Positions 10,611 through 23,550 of a DNA stretch of 64,000 bases are shown here, in pieces; position 1 is the first letter of the stretch; every line of letters starts with the position of its first letter. Origin of the DNA: Leucoraja ocellata (lineage: Eukaryota); assembly GCA_036785375.1 (NCBI GenBank), contig JAWMAR010000174.1, positions 4,960,001 through 5,024,000 on the forward strand, given 5' to 3'. A model generated the notes under the pieces. It worked only from the letters and a program-made list of their open reading frames with translations. It did not search any database and was not told the DNA's origin. The translations under genes were made by a program, and so were the position numbers.

Positions 10611-13600
10611 TAGTCATTTATTTCCACAAACGTTGGAACTGGTTCCCTCTCTCCATTTTTAGTCCTATGTGCTTCCGATGCCACCCATTACAATTCTGTG
10701 GCGGTAGTTACTATATCGAGATATTTTTGTATATTTGTCAACATGTGGAACCAAATTAGCTTCAGGACGTCTGTAAATCTCAACATGTTCTTTACCCAGG
10801 GATATCCTGCATATGAAAGGGAATTGGATATTCTCAAAATAGGGTGAATTAGGTTGTTTGATCAGAGTTATGGCTCATGCATATGGGCACCATTGGTTGC
10901 ATGCTTTTACAACTCTTTAACTATTTGCAGTATTTCTGTGTCCTGGTTGTACATCCTTCTACTCTGGCTTCATTGACTCCAACCACTTTGCTACTTAAAC
11001 AATTATACCCATACACTCTGAGTAAGTCTAAACTCTGCAACTATGTTCTTTACCAAGATTCTCCTGGAAACAAAGGATAAATTATTCAAGTGAACACAAC
11101 CAAAACATTTGTAAATTAAAGAACTAAAGAATTGCAAGATAACTAATTCTCTTTAAAAATAGTGACAACTGGATAGATCTGGTTTTGTTTAGCATTGCAC
11201 ATTGGCCTGTCATTGACACTATTGTTGTTTTCTGGCACTCTGCTCAGCTTCCCATTACTGGCACCACACTGTACCACCTTTTGGCACAATTGTTTACAGC
11301 TTTTAGTTTTTAGGAACAGTAGTATAAATATTAAACTGCAATGAACAAGGAATCTCTTTGTTAAAATATTATCTTGGCCTTTGCTTAACAGTGAGTTCCC
11401 TAAAGGTTCAACTTTTAAAGGAAAGTTCCAAATGCTCAGTGCAGCATTTTAAATGATTCCTGGTGCTTTCTAGGTTGAGTAATCACTGCATTCAGGAGTG
11501 AAGACACAAAAGTAGCTGAGAACACTGGATCACAGAATCGAAGTGGAGAGACAATATCATTGCTTGGACGTCCTCACTCCCAAAGGCATTGACTCAGGAT
11601 GGAGTCATGTATTTTTTCGGAATAATAGTTCTGACATTAAATTGCAATGAACAAGGAACCATTTTGTTAAAATCATATCTTGGCCTTTGCTTCACTACAG
11701 GTTCCCAAATAGTTCAAATATAAAGAAAAGTTCCAAAACCTCTCATGGGACTTGGCATCTTTTCTACACACTGTGTCCAGACTGGAGTAACTCAGCGGAC
11801 CAGGCAGCAACTCTGGAGAAAAGGAAAAGGTGACGTTTCAGAGTATTGGAGTAACTCAGCGGGACTGGCAACATCTCTGGAGTGACCATGAGATGCTGCT
11901 TGGCCCATTAAGTTACTCCAGCATTTGGGGATTTTATGGTAAACCAGCATCTTCAATTCTTGTGTATACAAGTCAGCTTTTCAATCGATGTTAGCTTAAC
12001 TTGATTATTTTTAACACTGTGGCCCAGTAAGGTGGATTGGATTAGTCCTGCTTTTTGTGTACAGCACAATTTTACAATTTGTCAGATTGATACAATTGTG
12101 ATGGGCGCATTGAAAACGAGCCATCATTAGATCTATTGCATGTTTTTAGTACAGTGGTCTGGTGCGGCTCACCTTACTAGAACTGGTGCTCTCAATCAGA
12201 TTTTAAATGAATGTTATCTGAATCAATTTGGTTGAGGACATTGATGGTCATGCAGTTGTTTAATGCATCCAACACAGCAGGACTTTGATCCCACCCGTTT
12301 CAGAACACAGATCTGTCAATTGCATACGTTTTGTCATCTTGCAGCATCATCCTTTGGACAGTTCCCTTTCCTGATTAAGGGTTTAGACCCAAAATATTAA
12401 CTACCCGTTCGCCAGAAATGCTGCCTAACCCATTGGAGTTATTCCAGCATTCTGTACTTCCCTCTGAGCCACTGTTGGTCACCTGTCATAACTGTAATAA
12501 TATGTGGCATATTCTGGGCCATGAGGTGACAAATTAGGGTCGATTAGAAATACTGTTGTAGAAGGTTCCCAGCACCCTACAGATATGTAGATCTGACTAA
12601 TTGTTCCCTTTTAGCTGTGGCAGCGCCAAGCAACTTTATGGAGGATGTCTTCAGATACAATGGTTTATCAAAGTAGCTCCTCCACTGCATGAACTGAAAC
12701 CCCAACTTTCACCACTGACTGACACGTACAATAGGAATGACTTTGCAATGTCCAAATGCGGTGTGGAACAAACATGAATGCTTGATGATTGAAGTCAACT
12801 TAAAGTTACTAATCAATGATAATGGGGCCGGCTCACTCCTGTGCCACCCTTTGGTGATAGATTTCCAACTTGCTTGACTTTATATGGCACCTCTGCTTTG
12901 GCTGCAGGCAGACCAACAATATAGACTTGCTGAAGACACAAGGATGCAGATGCTGAACTCCACAGAGAGCAGGAGTAACTCGATGGGTCTCTCCAATCCA
13001 TGGATAGGAGACATTTTAGGTCAGGCTGAGTTTGAATAAGGGTCCTAACCAGAATCTTTGCCTAGCCATGTACGCCAGAGATTCTGCCTGACCCACTTGG
13101 TGTTCCAGACTTGCTGCACATATTCGCTGTTTCGAGAAGACATTTCTGGGGATCATCCAACGAGTCTCTTAGTGGAACCGAGAAATCAGAAGAGGGTGAT
13201 CACTTATTTTGGGTTATACTATAGGCGCCATAAACTCAGTGGCAATAAGAGGAAGACATATGTATGGATATCAGAGACCTGGAAGAACATATGGTTATAA
13301 TAGTGGTGTATTTAAAGACTTCTTCAACCTTCTTAAAGTCTCCATCAGATTTGTCCCACCTGCAGCAACTTCTTTACTGGGCCACCATCTCCCCTTGCTG
13401 AATCTACTCAACGCCATCTGGCAGCTGTGTCTACAATAACCAGCAATCAATTCAGCTGGCCACCAGGCCATTGCAGCTGTAGTCATTGCTTCAGCCTGCA
13501 GCTTCTGGCATTGGCCTGCAGAAGTGAGAGCAGTGCATTTGTGAACAAGTTGCAATGGGTTTGAATGGTGAAAGATAATATATGGGTCCACATTGAAGAA

Positions 13601-13703
13601 TATTGTTGGTAGGAGAAGGATGGAAACATACTACATGAAACAGTATGCAGTTAGTGGTGCAGTTGTTAGATGTGAAATGTTCTCCTTCAATACACATGTA
13701 AAC

Positions 13704-13818
13704 GTAAGTCGTAGATAGAAACTAAACGCTGGAGTAACTCAGTGGGACAGGCAACATCTCTGCAGAGAAGGAATGAGTGACGTTTCTGGTTGAGATCCTT
13801 TTTCAGAAGTAAGTCGTA
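13704..13818 (-). mobile_element. Short Penelope-derived repeat with 10-bp target-site duplication GTAAGTCGTA
   Basis: TSD at 13704-13713 and 13809-13818. Confidence 0.7.
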
Positions 13819-14009
13819 ATGTGCCAGAAGAAACTGCAGCTTCTGCCTTATATCAAACATGTCACAGGGTTAATATCTTGCTGTTATTATCTACTCTCAG
13901 CCAGTCAATGAGATGTCCCTTGTCTCCCAGGTTCTTACTTTTGCTTTAGATGCCGACATGGTGGCAGTCTGCTCCACTTTAAAACTCATTAAAATTAGTT
14001 TTAAATACA

Positions 14010-14042
14010 TTTATTGATAAATAAATCAAAACAAATTTTATT
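14010..14042 (-). terminator. Candidate distal CHSY1 polyadenylation signals (two AATAAA on the minus strand)
   Basis: TTTATT at 14010-14015 and 14037-14042 at the end of an about 3-kb AT-rich, repeat-poor stretch; proximal hexamers also occur at 17064 and 17098. Confidence 0.45.
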
Positions 14043-17000
14043 CAAATTCAATAAACCAGTATGGAGACAAGTACAAAGGAATTAAAATTTTGCATGGTGA
14101 TTTAAGTTACAATTGTGCAATGCAAAAGATGGAAAACAATAGATAAATATTAAATTGCATCACATTTTAAAAACTAATAAATGAATTGTCCCAATGTGAG
14201 ACTCACTACAGATCTGGAGATATTCTGGCTGTGAAGATAGAGTTGAACATTGCAAGCACATCCACTCCGAAACTGCAAATCCTTGACAAATAAAATAAGT
14301 TTTCCACACGTGGTGAATTATGTTCACTTAAATTCCAAATGGTGCCACAAATAATGTTAAAATAGTATGTATTATGGGGTAGTATAGATGGTCCATGAAG
14401 ATGTTTCCAAGTTGCATTACTGAAATAACAAACAATAAATTGCTAAAGTACTGTCTGAAGTTTCAATTGGGCCCACCACATGTCCACAAACCTCCACTTC
14501 TGTTCCAAAATAAAGTTCAGGTTTGTAACATTACCCCTGGGTGGGCATCAGAACACAGAGCATTTGAATTGTGAAAATTATTATTAATGAGCACATTGAA
14601 GCACTCATTCGCTTGGAGCCTAATAACCAGGGAACTTACAGGTCTTTTGTACATCACATTAAAACTCAATTCAAGGGTTAGAAAATTGTAGCGACAAAGA
14701 AATGTGGAAATAAATGCAGAATTTGGTCAATACACAAAACATAATGTATTGTATCCATTTGTATATAATTATTTAAGTGTGTCCATGCAAATTCTCACAG
14801 GCAGAGAAATGGTGAGGCAAAGCAATCCTTGTTTTGTCAGTAATAAGCTCTGGGTCTTATCCAATCTAATGTAGGTGGTCACTCAGTACTACACTGGATC
14901 TAGATTTATGTCACCTGGAGTGGCTGCTGTCAAAACCACCACACAGACACAGGAAGCTACCCCTTCCCTCCCCTCTTCAAGAAAGTTAAAGGAAAGATAA
15001 TTTGTACTAAGGTGTTGCTGAATGGCTTCATTATTTTGCAGGATGTCCTCTCACAGTCTTCTGATAACAAGCTCTGTTTAACATAGAAGTTGGCAGAAAA
15101 TGTAGAAAGTGATTTAAATACGATGCAAATATCAGTTGATAAGTTGATACCATTCAACTGAATGTAGCTCTGAATTGTATGGATGACACCTTGGAAAATA
15201 AAAAGAGAAACAGTAGCCTAGGGTGGACTTTACTCCACAACAGTGCTATAAAGTATTGACATTTCAACAAAGATGGGATCAGTAGATAATTTCATACATA
15301 GTGAAAGCCAGGAGGAAGTCACCACAATCCCGAAAAAGTTAAAATGTTAGTTTGAAGCTAAGTGAAGCTAACCACTCTCACTTTTAACAGAGCCAGATTT
15401 GTCTATGATTGTTTGCATAAAATATTCACTCAGACCTCAATTCCTGAGATTATGCAAAATCAATAACCATGCTCCAACACTCTACTGATATATGCACACA
15501 CACACACACATTCTACTCCCAAACAGCTTTTCCTTTAACACTAGCTTTAATAAAGCAGCCCATAAATTTAAATGGCTACTTCAGCTTACAGTAAACGAAC
15601 AGCACATCCATGAACAGATGCCTCGGGGAGGGAGTTAATTTGGAGTCAAATAAAATCCATGGAATGCAAGATGGATTGGCACCATCCATGAGAAGGGATT
15701 GATGATCAGGAATGGAGCTTTGAAGTACTGGATCAGACAACAATTGACCGAGTGGAACAGCTAGACTACGAGGTAGAATTTTCAAAACCAAGCACCAATA
15801 CATGATCGATTGTAATGGGCTGGCTTGGCAAGGCAAGCCAAAGGCCAGCTCTGGTGGTAATGCACATCAAGATGTGCCAGTGATCCCAAAGAAAATATGG
15901 TCCATTCTCTTCTGAACTATTTTGTGACCAAATTAAAGCCCTTCTTCTTCTTGCAAATGAAACATAAACCAAAGGAATAGTTAGATCTCAAGTCGGGTGT
16001 TCAGCAGCCAGGTTGTCTCTGTGTTAACTAAAGTCCAAGATCTATACTTTTGGATTAGGATGGAGTGTTGGGGTCTGGATCCCGTCTCAATATTTTAAAG
16101 GATTAACCAGCATTTTCTAAGCAAACATTACAAAAGGGTTAAAACCCCAATGTTCTAGATCTATGGTTCAAATAAGTGTACAACATGAATGGGGAAAACT
16201 TACTTTGTGGAGGAAGGATTGGGCAGGAGATGAAAGCATAGACTTTAGAAAGGCCTGTATATGCAACACAATAAAATGAAGATACTGCAAAAGTGGACCC
16301 AAAACAATGTAAGGTGATAGGACAAGACGGTGAATCACAGCAATGAAATTAAACCATTTAGTGGAGATGATGGCCATCAATCACCTCCATAAAAATCCAT
16401 AGCCTGCTAAATTTACACAACACTTGATGAATAAACAAATTATAACTTAGTCATTGCTTCACTGTTGGCATCTAAAATCTATACATTATGACAAAAAGTA
16501 ACAAGGTTAACAACTGAATTAAGTCCTGATACATTAGCTAATTGACTAAAAGTTAAATTAAAGTAATGGAGTAACAACCAAGTCGATGTGCAATAGTCCC
16601 TCAATATTAAAGGGGCTTAAATCCTTTCAGAAATATAATTATCATGGCCAAATTATTCACATTATAAATGGAGATACAAGTAACTGCAGATACTGAAATC
16701 TTGAGCAAAATACAAAGTGCTGGAGTAGCTCAGCAGGTTAGGCAACATCTGTGGTGGGAATGAACAATTAATGCTTTTGTTTGGGACCAGATGTTAGTTG
16801 ACAAATGGATGGAAGTCTGGAGTACAGTCCTGACCCGAAGCGGCACCTGTCCACTGCCTCCACAAATGCTGCCTGATGTGCCAAGTTACTCCAGCACTGT
16901 GTTTCATTCACATGAGAGTTAGATGTTGTAATCTCGGGGAGCTGGACGGCCATGATTTTACCCCTCTGCTCCTCGACCAGGAGCACTGTAAATGTGCTGC

Positions 17001-17174
17001 GGGTATAAATCATCCCACCATTCACCACGATATTAAACAGCCCCTGTGTGGCCACAACGCTCCTTTATTCCAAGTAAAATGTCTTATCTGTAAAACATTT
17101 ATTTACAATATAATCAATTTACTTTATAAAAAACATTAAAAATAAATTATGAAGTTCTCCAGCCGAGCTGGATA

Positions 17175-18764
17175 TTATGCTGTCCTCTTTGAACTATCAA
17201 GTGTGCTGATGTTGCTGGGACTGGGCCGCTGCCTCTCCAGCCACAGCTCGGCTAGCTGCTGCGTGGAACTATATGTCGATGCTCGCGACGCCAAGCACAT
17301 TTTGTATTGATTAGGTTCCAAATTTGGGTCACAGTAGATTGGATGATGGATATGAATGATTCCAACTTCTTGACTCCTGAATGGTTTTAAACCAACCTGA
17401 ATGACTTTGTTGTAGAGATCTACATCCTCCATTCCCCAGCCCTGGATCGAGATGTTGAACCCACCAGCAAATAAAAGATCACTTTTGTAAACACATGTGA
17501 TCCCAAAGCCATAGTGTCTCCAGAATCCAGTCTTCATTGTAAAAGCAGAATTGTTGTCACTGGGAGGTTTGCCAGCATGTACAATCTTGGGATCAAACTG
17601 GGTAAAGATAATTGGAAAATATACTTGCTTCCCTGGCACAGTATTAGTTCTGCAACGCTGCAGAAAATCCACTGTAAAGATCAAGTCAACATCACAAAAC
17701 AGAAGTAGGGAGTCATTGCTAAACTGGGCAGCTCCAAGGTGCAGAGCAAGAGCTCTTGAAAACTGCCCCAGAACTGCCCGGACCTGGATCTCTGCTTTGG
17801 GATATTTCACCTGATAATCTCTTGTCAACTCAAATTGTTTTATTTTGTCTGGATTTGAATCGGAATTGAGTAGCAATATAACTAACCTGACATTTTGATT
17901 TGTAATCAGACAAGTCCTTTCAAAGTTTTCCATGAATCTCACAAACATTTCATAGCGTCCAGACAGAGGGACCAAGATGTTGATTTTCTGATCTTTGGGC
18001 TTATGTTCAACATTACTGGCTCCAAGTTGGAAGGGGACAAATATTTGGAGTGGGTTTGAGAAGATGGAGAGAGATTGTGAGTTCCTGTTAATTTGGTTGG
18101 CCAAGTCTGCAGCATCAATCTCTTCACTCTCATAAAACTGGACCTTGCTGAATGTTTGTTGCAGATAAGCATGTCTTCTTACAGGGACAGTCATCTTCTT
18201 GCCCTTGTGCTTTTTGTAGAGAAGGAGCAGGTCAAGTACATACTCTGCCCCATACATAGGGTTAACCCTTCTGTAGCCATACTGAATTTCTTTGAAGTCA
18301 ATAATGCGGCCTCTAGATTTGGCGTTGGCATTAATCATTTCCATCAACTGCATGATGATGTCATCTAAAGCTTCTTTCTGAGACAGATCCATCCCCTTTC
18401 TTGGCGGCTCTCCATCAAAAGCCGAATAAAGGTGTTTCCCCGTCAGGAAGTCCCATTCCAGAACCTCGTCCCTGTTCCCAGGCTGGAAGCGCATAAAGGA
18501 AGGTGGAATTCCCAACTGGATGTCATCTGGGTGAAGCTCAGTGTTGGTGTACTTGCCCATGAGTGCCACCTCCCGGTGAAGCAGTATGGTGCGGTGACGA
18601 AACTCAGACATCCGGTGGCTCAGCATGTAGCGGTGGAGGCGGTATTGATATTCGGGGCTCTTGTTTGGATGTAGCGTGATTGCACGCCGGATCTTGGTGT
18701 TGTGGAGGTCCTGGATATAACCTTTTTTATTCTGTTCATAGTTTTCATAAAATAGCTGTTGCAT
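17175..18764 (-). CDS. CHSY1: Chondroitin sulfate synthase 1, last coding exon (MQQLFYENYEQNKKG...SSKRTA*), GalNAc-transferase half
   Basis: ttcacAG|ATG acceptor; FCDVD DxD motif, GGF..IQGWGMEDVD GT7-like motif; phase 0 join with exon 1 gives 785 aa. Confidence 0.97.
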   Translation of the reverse strand: MQQLFYENYEQNKKGYIQDLHNTKIRRAITLHPNKSPEYQYRLHRYMLSHRMSEFRHRTILLHREVALMGKYTNTELHPDDIQLGIPPSFMRFQPGNRDEVLEWDFLTGKHLYSAFDGEPPRKGMDLSQKEALDDIIMQLMEMINANAKSRGRIIDFKEIQYGYRRVNPMYGAEYVLDLLLLYKKHKGKKMTVPVRRHAYLQQTFSKVQFYESEEIDAADLANQINRNSQSLSIFSNPLQIFVPFQLGASNVEHKPKDQKINILVPLSGRYEMFVRFMENFERTCLITNQNVRLVILLLNSDSNPDKIKQFELTRDYQVKYPKAEIQVRAVLGQFSRALALHLGAAQFSNDSLLLFCDVDLIFTVDFLQRCRTNTVPGKQVYFPIIFTQFDPKIVHAGKPPSDNNSAFTMKTGFWRHYGFGITCVYKSDLLFAGGFNISIQGWGMEDVDLYNKVIQVGLKPFRSQEVGIIHIHHPIYCDPNLEPNQYKMCLASRASTYSSTQQLAELWLERQRPSPSNISTLDSSKRTA

Positions 18765-19929
18765 CTGTGAAGAAAGGAAAACGCAGAGATCAAACTTCAT
18801 AGATATGCGCAGTGTTTTCTAGGAGTAAGTAGGCCATTTGACCTCGAGTCTTGTCCACTATTTTAATTCCATCCAACTGATACTCAAATTCAGTACGCTG
18901 TTCTAGCTTTTCCCTCATATCGCTGCTCTCTCTTTGTGTCAGTCAGTCTTTGTGTTCCAGGTGACGCTATGGGAGGTGCTGAGTCAAGTACAATGGTGAT
19001 CAACTCTGAGACCACGATCGGCGCTCCTGAACCACAGGCACAGGCTGGGCTGACACTGTTTCATCCAAGGACAGACTGACCGACCTAAAACTGGGCCCCT
19101 TTTGGCCCATGCTGCTCAGATGGTGCACACATTTGCTGACTGGATTTTGAATGAGCCATTGCCCCAGGTGCCAAAAAGTGTGCCTGCTCTCTGATAAACC
19201 TCTGCTTGTTAGGAACATTACGCACTAATCACCCATGGAAAACTTGACCTACATATCAATAACGCGCTGTAGTAAGAAAATACAAATTGCGTCTCAAAGG
19301 AGTTTGAAAAAGGCAGAAGCAAAGCACAGAATGACAGTGTATTTTCAGCAAAGCATTGCCACAGCCAGATAATTCTAACCCAACATTTATATTCAACACC
19401 AGCTTCCCTTCACGCAAAAATTTGATACGGTGTTTTTAGTAAACGCTTGCAATGTAAGATTTAAGCAGCACCATATATATTTCAGGCATCATCTTCCTTT
19501 GTGCTCTGTGTTGGTGCCCTCTGTGGGCACACTGTATGCAGCAGCACACCAGCTTCACCCATCCTGGAGAAGATTCAGTACACAGGCCTCCTCAGCTTCA
19601 TGTTTGATTCATCTTCTATCTCGGAGTAGCTGAATGATTTAAAATGCTACCGTAGCCCCTAACATTGCCCCAAAGATACGAAACACTCCAAAATACTAGC
19701 AGCATAAATAGTTCCAATGATAGGTGATGGAGCTGAAACATAACTGTTTCATGCTTCACTAGCACTGCCCAATTACAGAGTATACGACTTGGTTCCAAAC
19801 TGCCCATTACACACGTCCAATGATTTAGGATTCAAAAGGCCACGTATCAGGACTTGAAACATTTCTGCCTTTTGTTTTCCTTTTTATTAAGGAAAGCCAA
19901 TTTATGGTACGGGAAAAAAAATGCTTCAA

Positions 19930-20740
19930 AAGATCATGTGATTGGAGCAGAATTAGGGCATTCGGCCCATCAAATGTATTCCGCCAAACAATCATGGCTG
20001 ATCTATCGCTCCCTTCTGGCCCCATTCCCCTGCCTTCTCCCCATAACACATACTAATCTACTATCTATGCCTTATAAATATCCACTGACTTGGCCTCCAC
20101 AGCCTTCTGTGGCAAAAAATTCCACAGATTCACCACCCTCTGACTAAAGAAATTCCTTCTCATTACCTTCCTAAAAGAATGTTATTTAATTCTGAGGCTA
20201 TGACCTCAAGCCCGAGACTCTCCCACAAGTGGAAACATCCTCTCCACATCAACTCTATCCAAGCCTCTCACTATCCTGTGTATTTCAATGATGTCCCCCC
20301 TCATTCTTCTAAACACCAGTGAGTACAGGCCCAGTTTTGTCAAACGCACATCATTCCTGGGATCATTCTTGTAAACCTCCTCTGGACCCTCTTCAGAGCC
20401 AGAACATCTTTCTTCAGATATGGTGCCCAAATTTGCTCACAATATTATAAATGGAGCCTGACCAGCGCCTTATAGAGTCTCAGCATTACATCCCTGTTTT
20501 TGTATACAAGCCCTCTCGAAATAAATGCTAGCATTGCATTTGCTTCCTTTACTAACCGATTGCGACTTGCAGGAATCCTGTGCCAGCCAAGTCCCTTTGC
20601 ACCTCTAATTTCTGGATTCTCTCCCCATTTAGAAAATGGTCTACACCTTTGTTCCAACTACCAAAATGCACGACTCCACACTTTACTACACTATATTCCA
20701 TCTGCCACTTCTCTGCCCACTCTCACAACCTGTCCAAGTG
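19930..20740 (-). mobile_element. CR1 LINE 3' fragment, degraded
   Basis: KEANAMLAFISRG..LYKALVRLHL and LGLYSL..RMRGD ORF2 peptides plus CR1 tail. Confidence 0.9.
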
Positions 20741-22459
20741 CTCCTGCGGAGTCCCTGTCTGCCCCTGCACCTATTTTCTTGGGGAGGGAAACTAATAACA
20801 TGCAAGTAATGTTAAGAGACCAACGTAATCCTAGAATGTATGTCTTCAGATTCCCAATATTGAAAAGACAAGTTTTCTGAACCAGCTTAGCCAAATCACA
20901 ATGCGAGAGCCATTCATGCTACAATTATATAAAAATAATTACTGTTAAACCACCACAAGGAGGATGTGACAGCACTAGAATTGTAAAGTAAGTTGATGAG
21001 AGTCATGCAGGTCAAGTCATCGCACCATACCTGCAAGAACATTTGTAGATTATCATCAGGAATACAGCTCATCGACCTATAGTGCTAAAGATCTTTAACA
21101 AGGTATCCAACAAAAAGTTGTCAAACATTTTTATACTTTATACTAAAATCAGATTCACACATCAGACCAAATTGTTGGTTAAATTTGAGAGATTACTCCA
21201 TGATCAATTGTTTACCACTGTAAATATTAATGCCTCTCTCCGCCCACCACTAAACATTTTCGTAATCAATTCAAAAGAGGTTCTTTTTGCACATCCCACA
21301 CCAAGTTATTTGAGCCCATAGGCAGAAGTGAAAACAGAATCTGTGATTGATGAGAGGCAGGATCTGGAATAGGCTTGAATTAGCAAGGAATGTGCAGTTT
21401 ATTTTACAGTGCGTCTGACACATGAAGCAGAGGCATAGAAAATGCTTTGTTTTTAGTTGCTGTAAACAAGAGTTGTTTATGCAGCATGCAGAATATCAAG
21501 GCATCGGCTCCCAACACCTTTGTAAGTGCAACTTGCCTTCTTTCTAGGTAGACTTGGACAAATTCAGAGAAACACATATTGAGATTTCCCCCTCTATCCC
21601 TGGAGAACAACAGACTAAAATAGTATAGACTGCACTGCCATGTCCAGCCACCAGAGTTCCATAGGTCTCACAAAGTGCAAGATTTAATGGAAATGTTTAA
21701 AATATTATCAGCACATTCAGCTTGAAACCATCAGCAATTTAAAATAGTTGCAAAGAAATTATTGCTGGTTAGTTGGGATGGAATCTTCCTTGGACATTAT
21801 GTACAGTGAACAGAATTAATAGTTCCCAGGTTTAATTAAGGGAGTTTGAATCGCAGCATATTTTGTGAAAATAGGTTAATAACTAAACAAAACAGTAAAT
21901 CCAGGCTTGTATCCAAATCTAAACTGGATTCAAAACCTAAAGCAAGATTTAAAACATTGCTCCATTGTAATGTTAAATTGAGGTTGCTGGCCTAATCAAT
22001 AATCAATGTCGCAACCTCAATTTAACATTACATTTAGAGAATTCACGTGCACGGAGATGGTTATGGTTAAATAATGGAAAAAGGAAGAGCCGAATGATTG
22101 CTCATTCTCAAACTGAGTTTGTGAAACTGGATTGTCAACTTTGCTTCTGGAACTGGTACTCTCTACAGAAAAAAAGAGACTCGGCTATATTTGTGGATGA
22201 TGCCATAAAATATGTACTTTCCTACCTAATAATTATTTTTAAAAAGTGAACCTCTAATTGAAGATTCATATTTTCTCATGGTGCACACACATCATAGATT
22301 GTAATAACCCAAGCCCAGGGTAGTAGGGCCTTGAAGGTTAGAGTATGCAGCCCAGTAGAAGTTTGCATTGACGTCCTTACTCATTTGGGCAGAGCCTGCA
22401 TGGATGGAATAAACCCTGTGCTTTATCCATCCACAAGCAATTAGTCAAAGAGTGATAGC

Positions 22460-23550
22460 GTCGAAACAGGCCCCTCCTTGTACATGTCTAACTGTTTCTT
22501 AAATGCCTCAGCTACCTCATCTGGCAGCTTGTTCCATACAACCACCCTTTATATGAAAAAGTTACTTCTCAGACTGATATCAAATCTTTTCCCCCTTCAC
22601 CTTAAACCGATGTCCTCAATTCACCTCCTCTGGGCAAGAGAATGTGTGCATCTACCCAATCTATTACTCTCATGATTTTATACATCTCAATGAGATCACC
22701 TCTCATCTTCCTGCGCTCCAAGGAATAGAGTCCCAGCCTACTCAGACCCTCTAGTCCGGGCAACATCCTCGTAAATCTTCTTTGATACCTTTCCAGCTTC
22801 CTAAAGCATAGTACCCAGAACTGACCACAATACTCTAAATGCAGCCTCACCAACGTCTTATACAATTGCAACATGATTTCCCAACTTTTAAAGCCTTTTT
22901 GACCACCCGATGTGCCTGCGACCACCTTCAAGGAACCATGCACCTGCACACCTAGATCCCTCTGCTCTATAACACTCCCCAGAACCCTGCCATTTACTGT
23001 GTAGGTCCTGCAATTGTTAGACGTCCCAAAATTCAACACTTCTCTGTATTAAATTCCATCAACCATTCCTCAGCCCAGCAGGCCAATCGATCATGATCCT
23101 GCTGCAATTTTTCACAACCATCTTCACTATCTGCAAAACCACCCACTTTTGTATCATCTGCAAACTTGCTAATCTTGCCTTGTATGTTCTCATCCAAATC
23201 ATTGATGTAGATGACAAACAGTAACGGGCCCAGCACCGAACCCTGAGGCGCACCACTAGTCACAGGCCTTTCACCATCACCCTCTGCTTCCTGCCATGAA
23301 GCCAATTATCTAGCCATTGAGCTATCTCTCTTTGGATCCCATGCAACCTAACCTTCCATAGCCTACCATACAGCACCTTGTCAAATGCTTTGCTGAAGTC
23401 TGCCCTCAGCGACCTTTTTGATCACCTTTTTTTCCAAAAACCTCAGATTTGCAAGACACAACCTCCCACTTACAAAACCATGCTGACTATCCCTAATCAG
23501 CCCTTGCCCAACTAAATACCTATATATCCTATCGCTCAGAATATGCTCTA
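22460..23550 (-). mobile_element. CR1 LINE ORF2 (reverse transcriptase) fragment
   Basis: SQHGFVSGR, GAPQGSVLGPLLFVIYINDLD and KFADDTK RT motifs with frameshifts. Confidence 0.93.
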
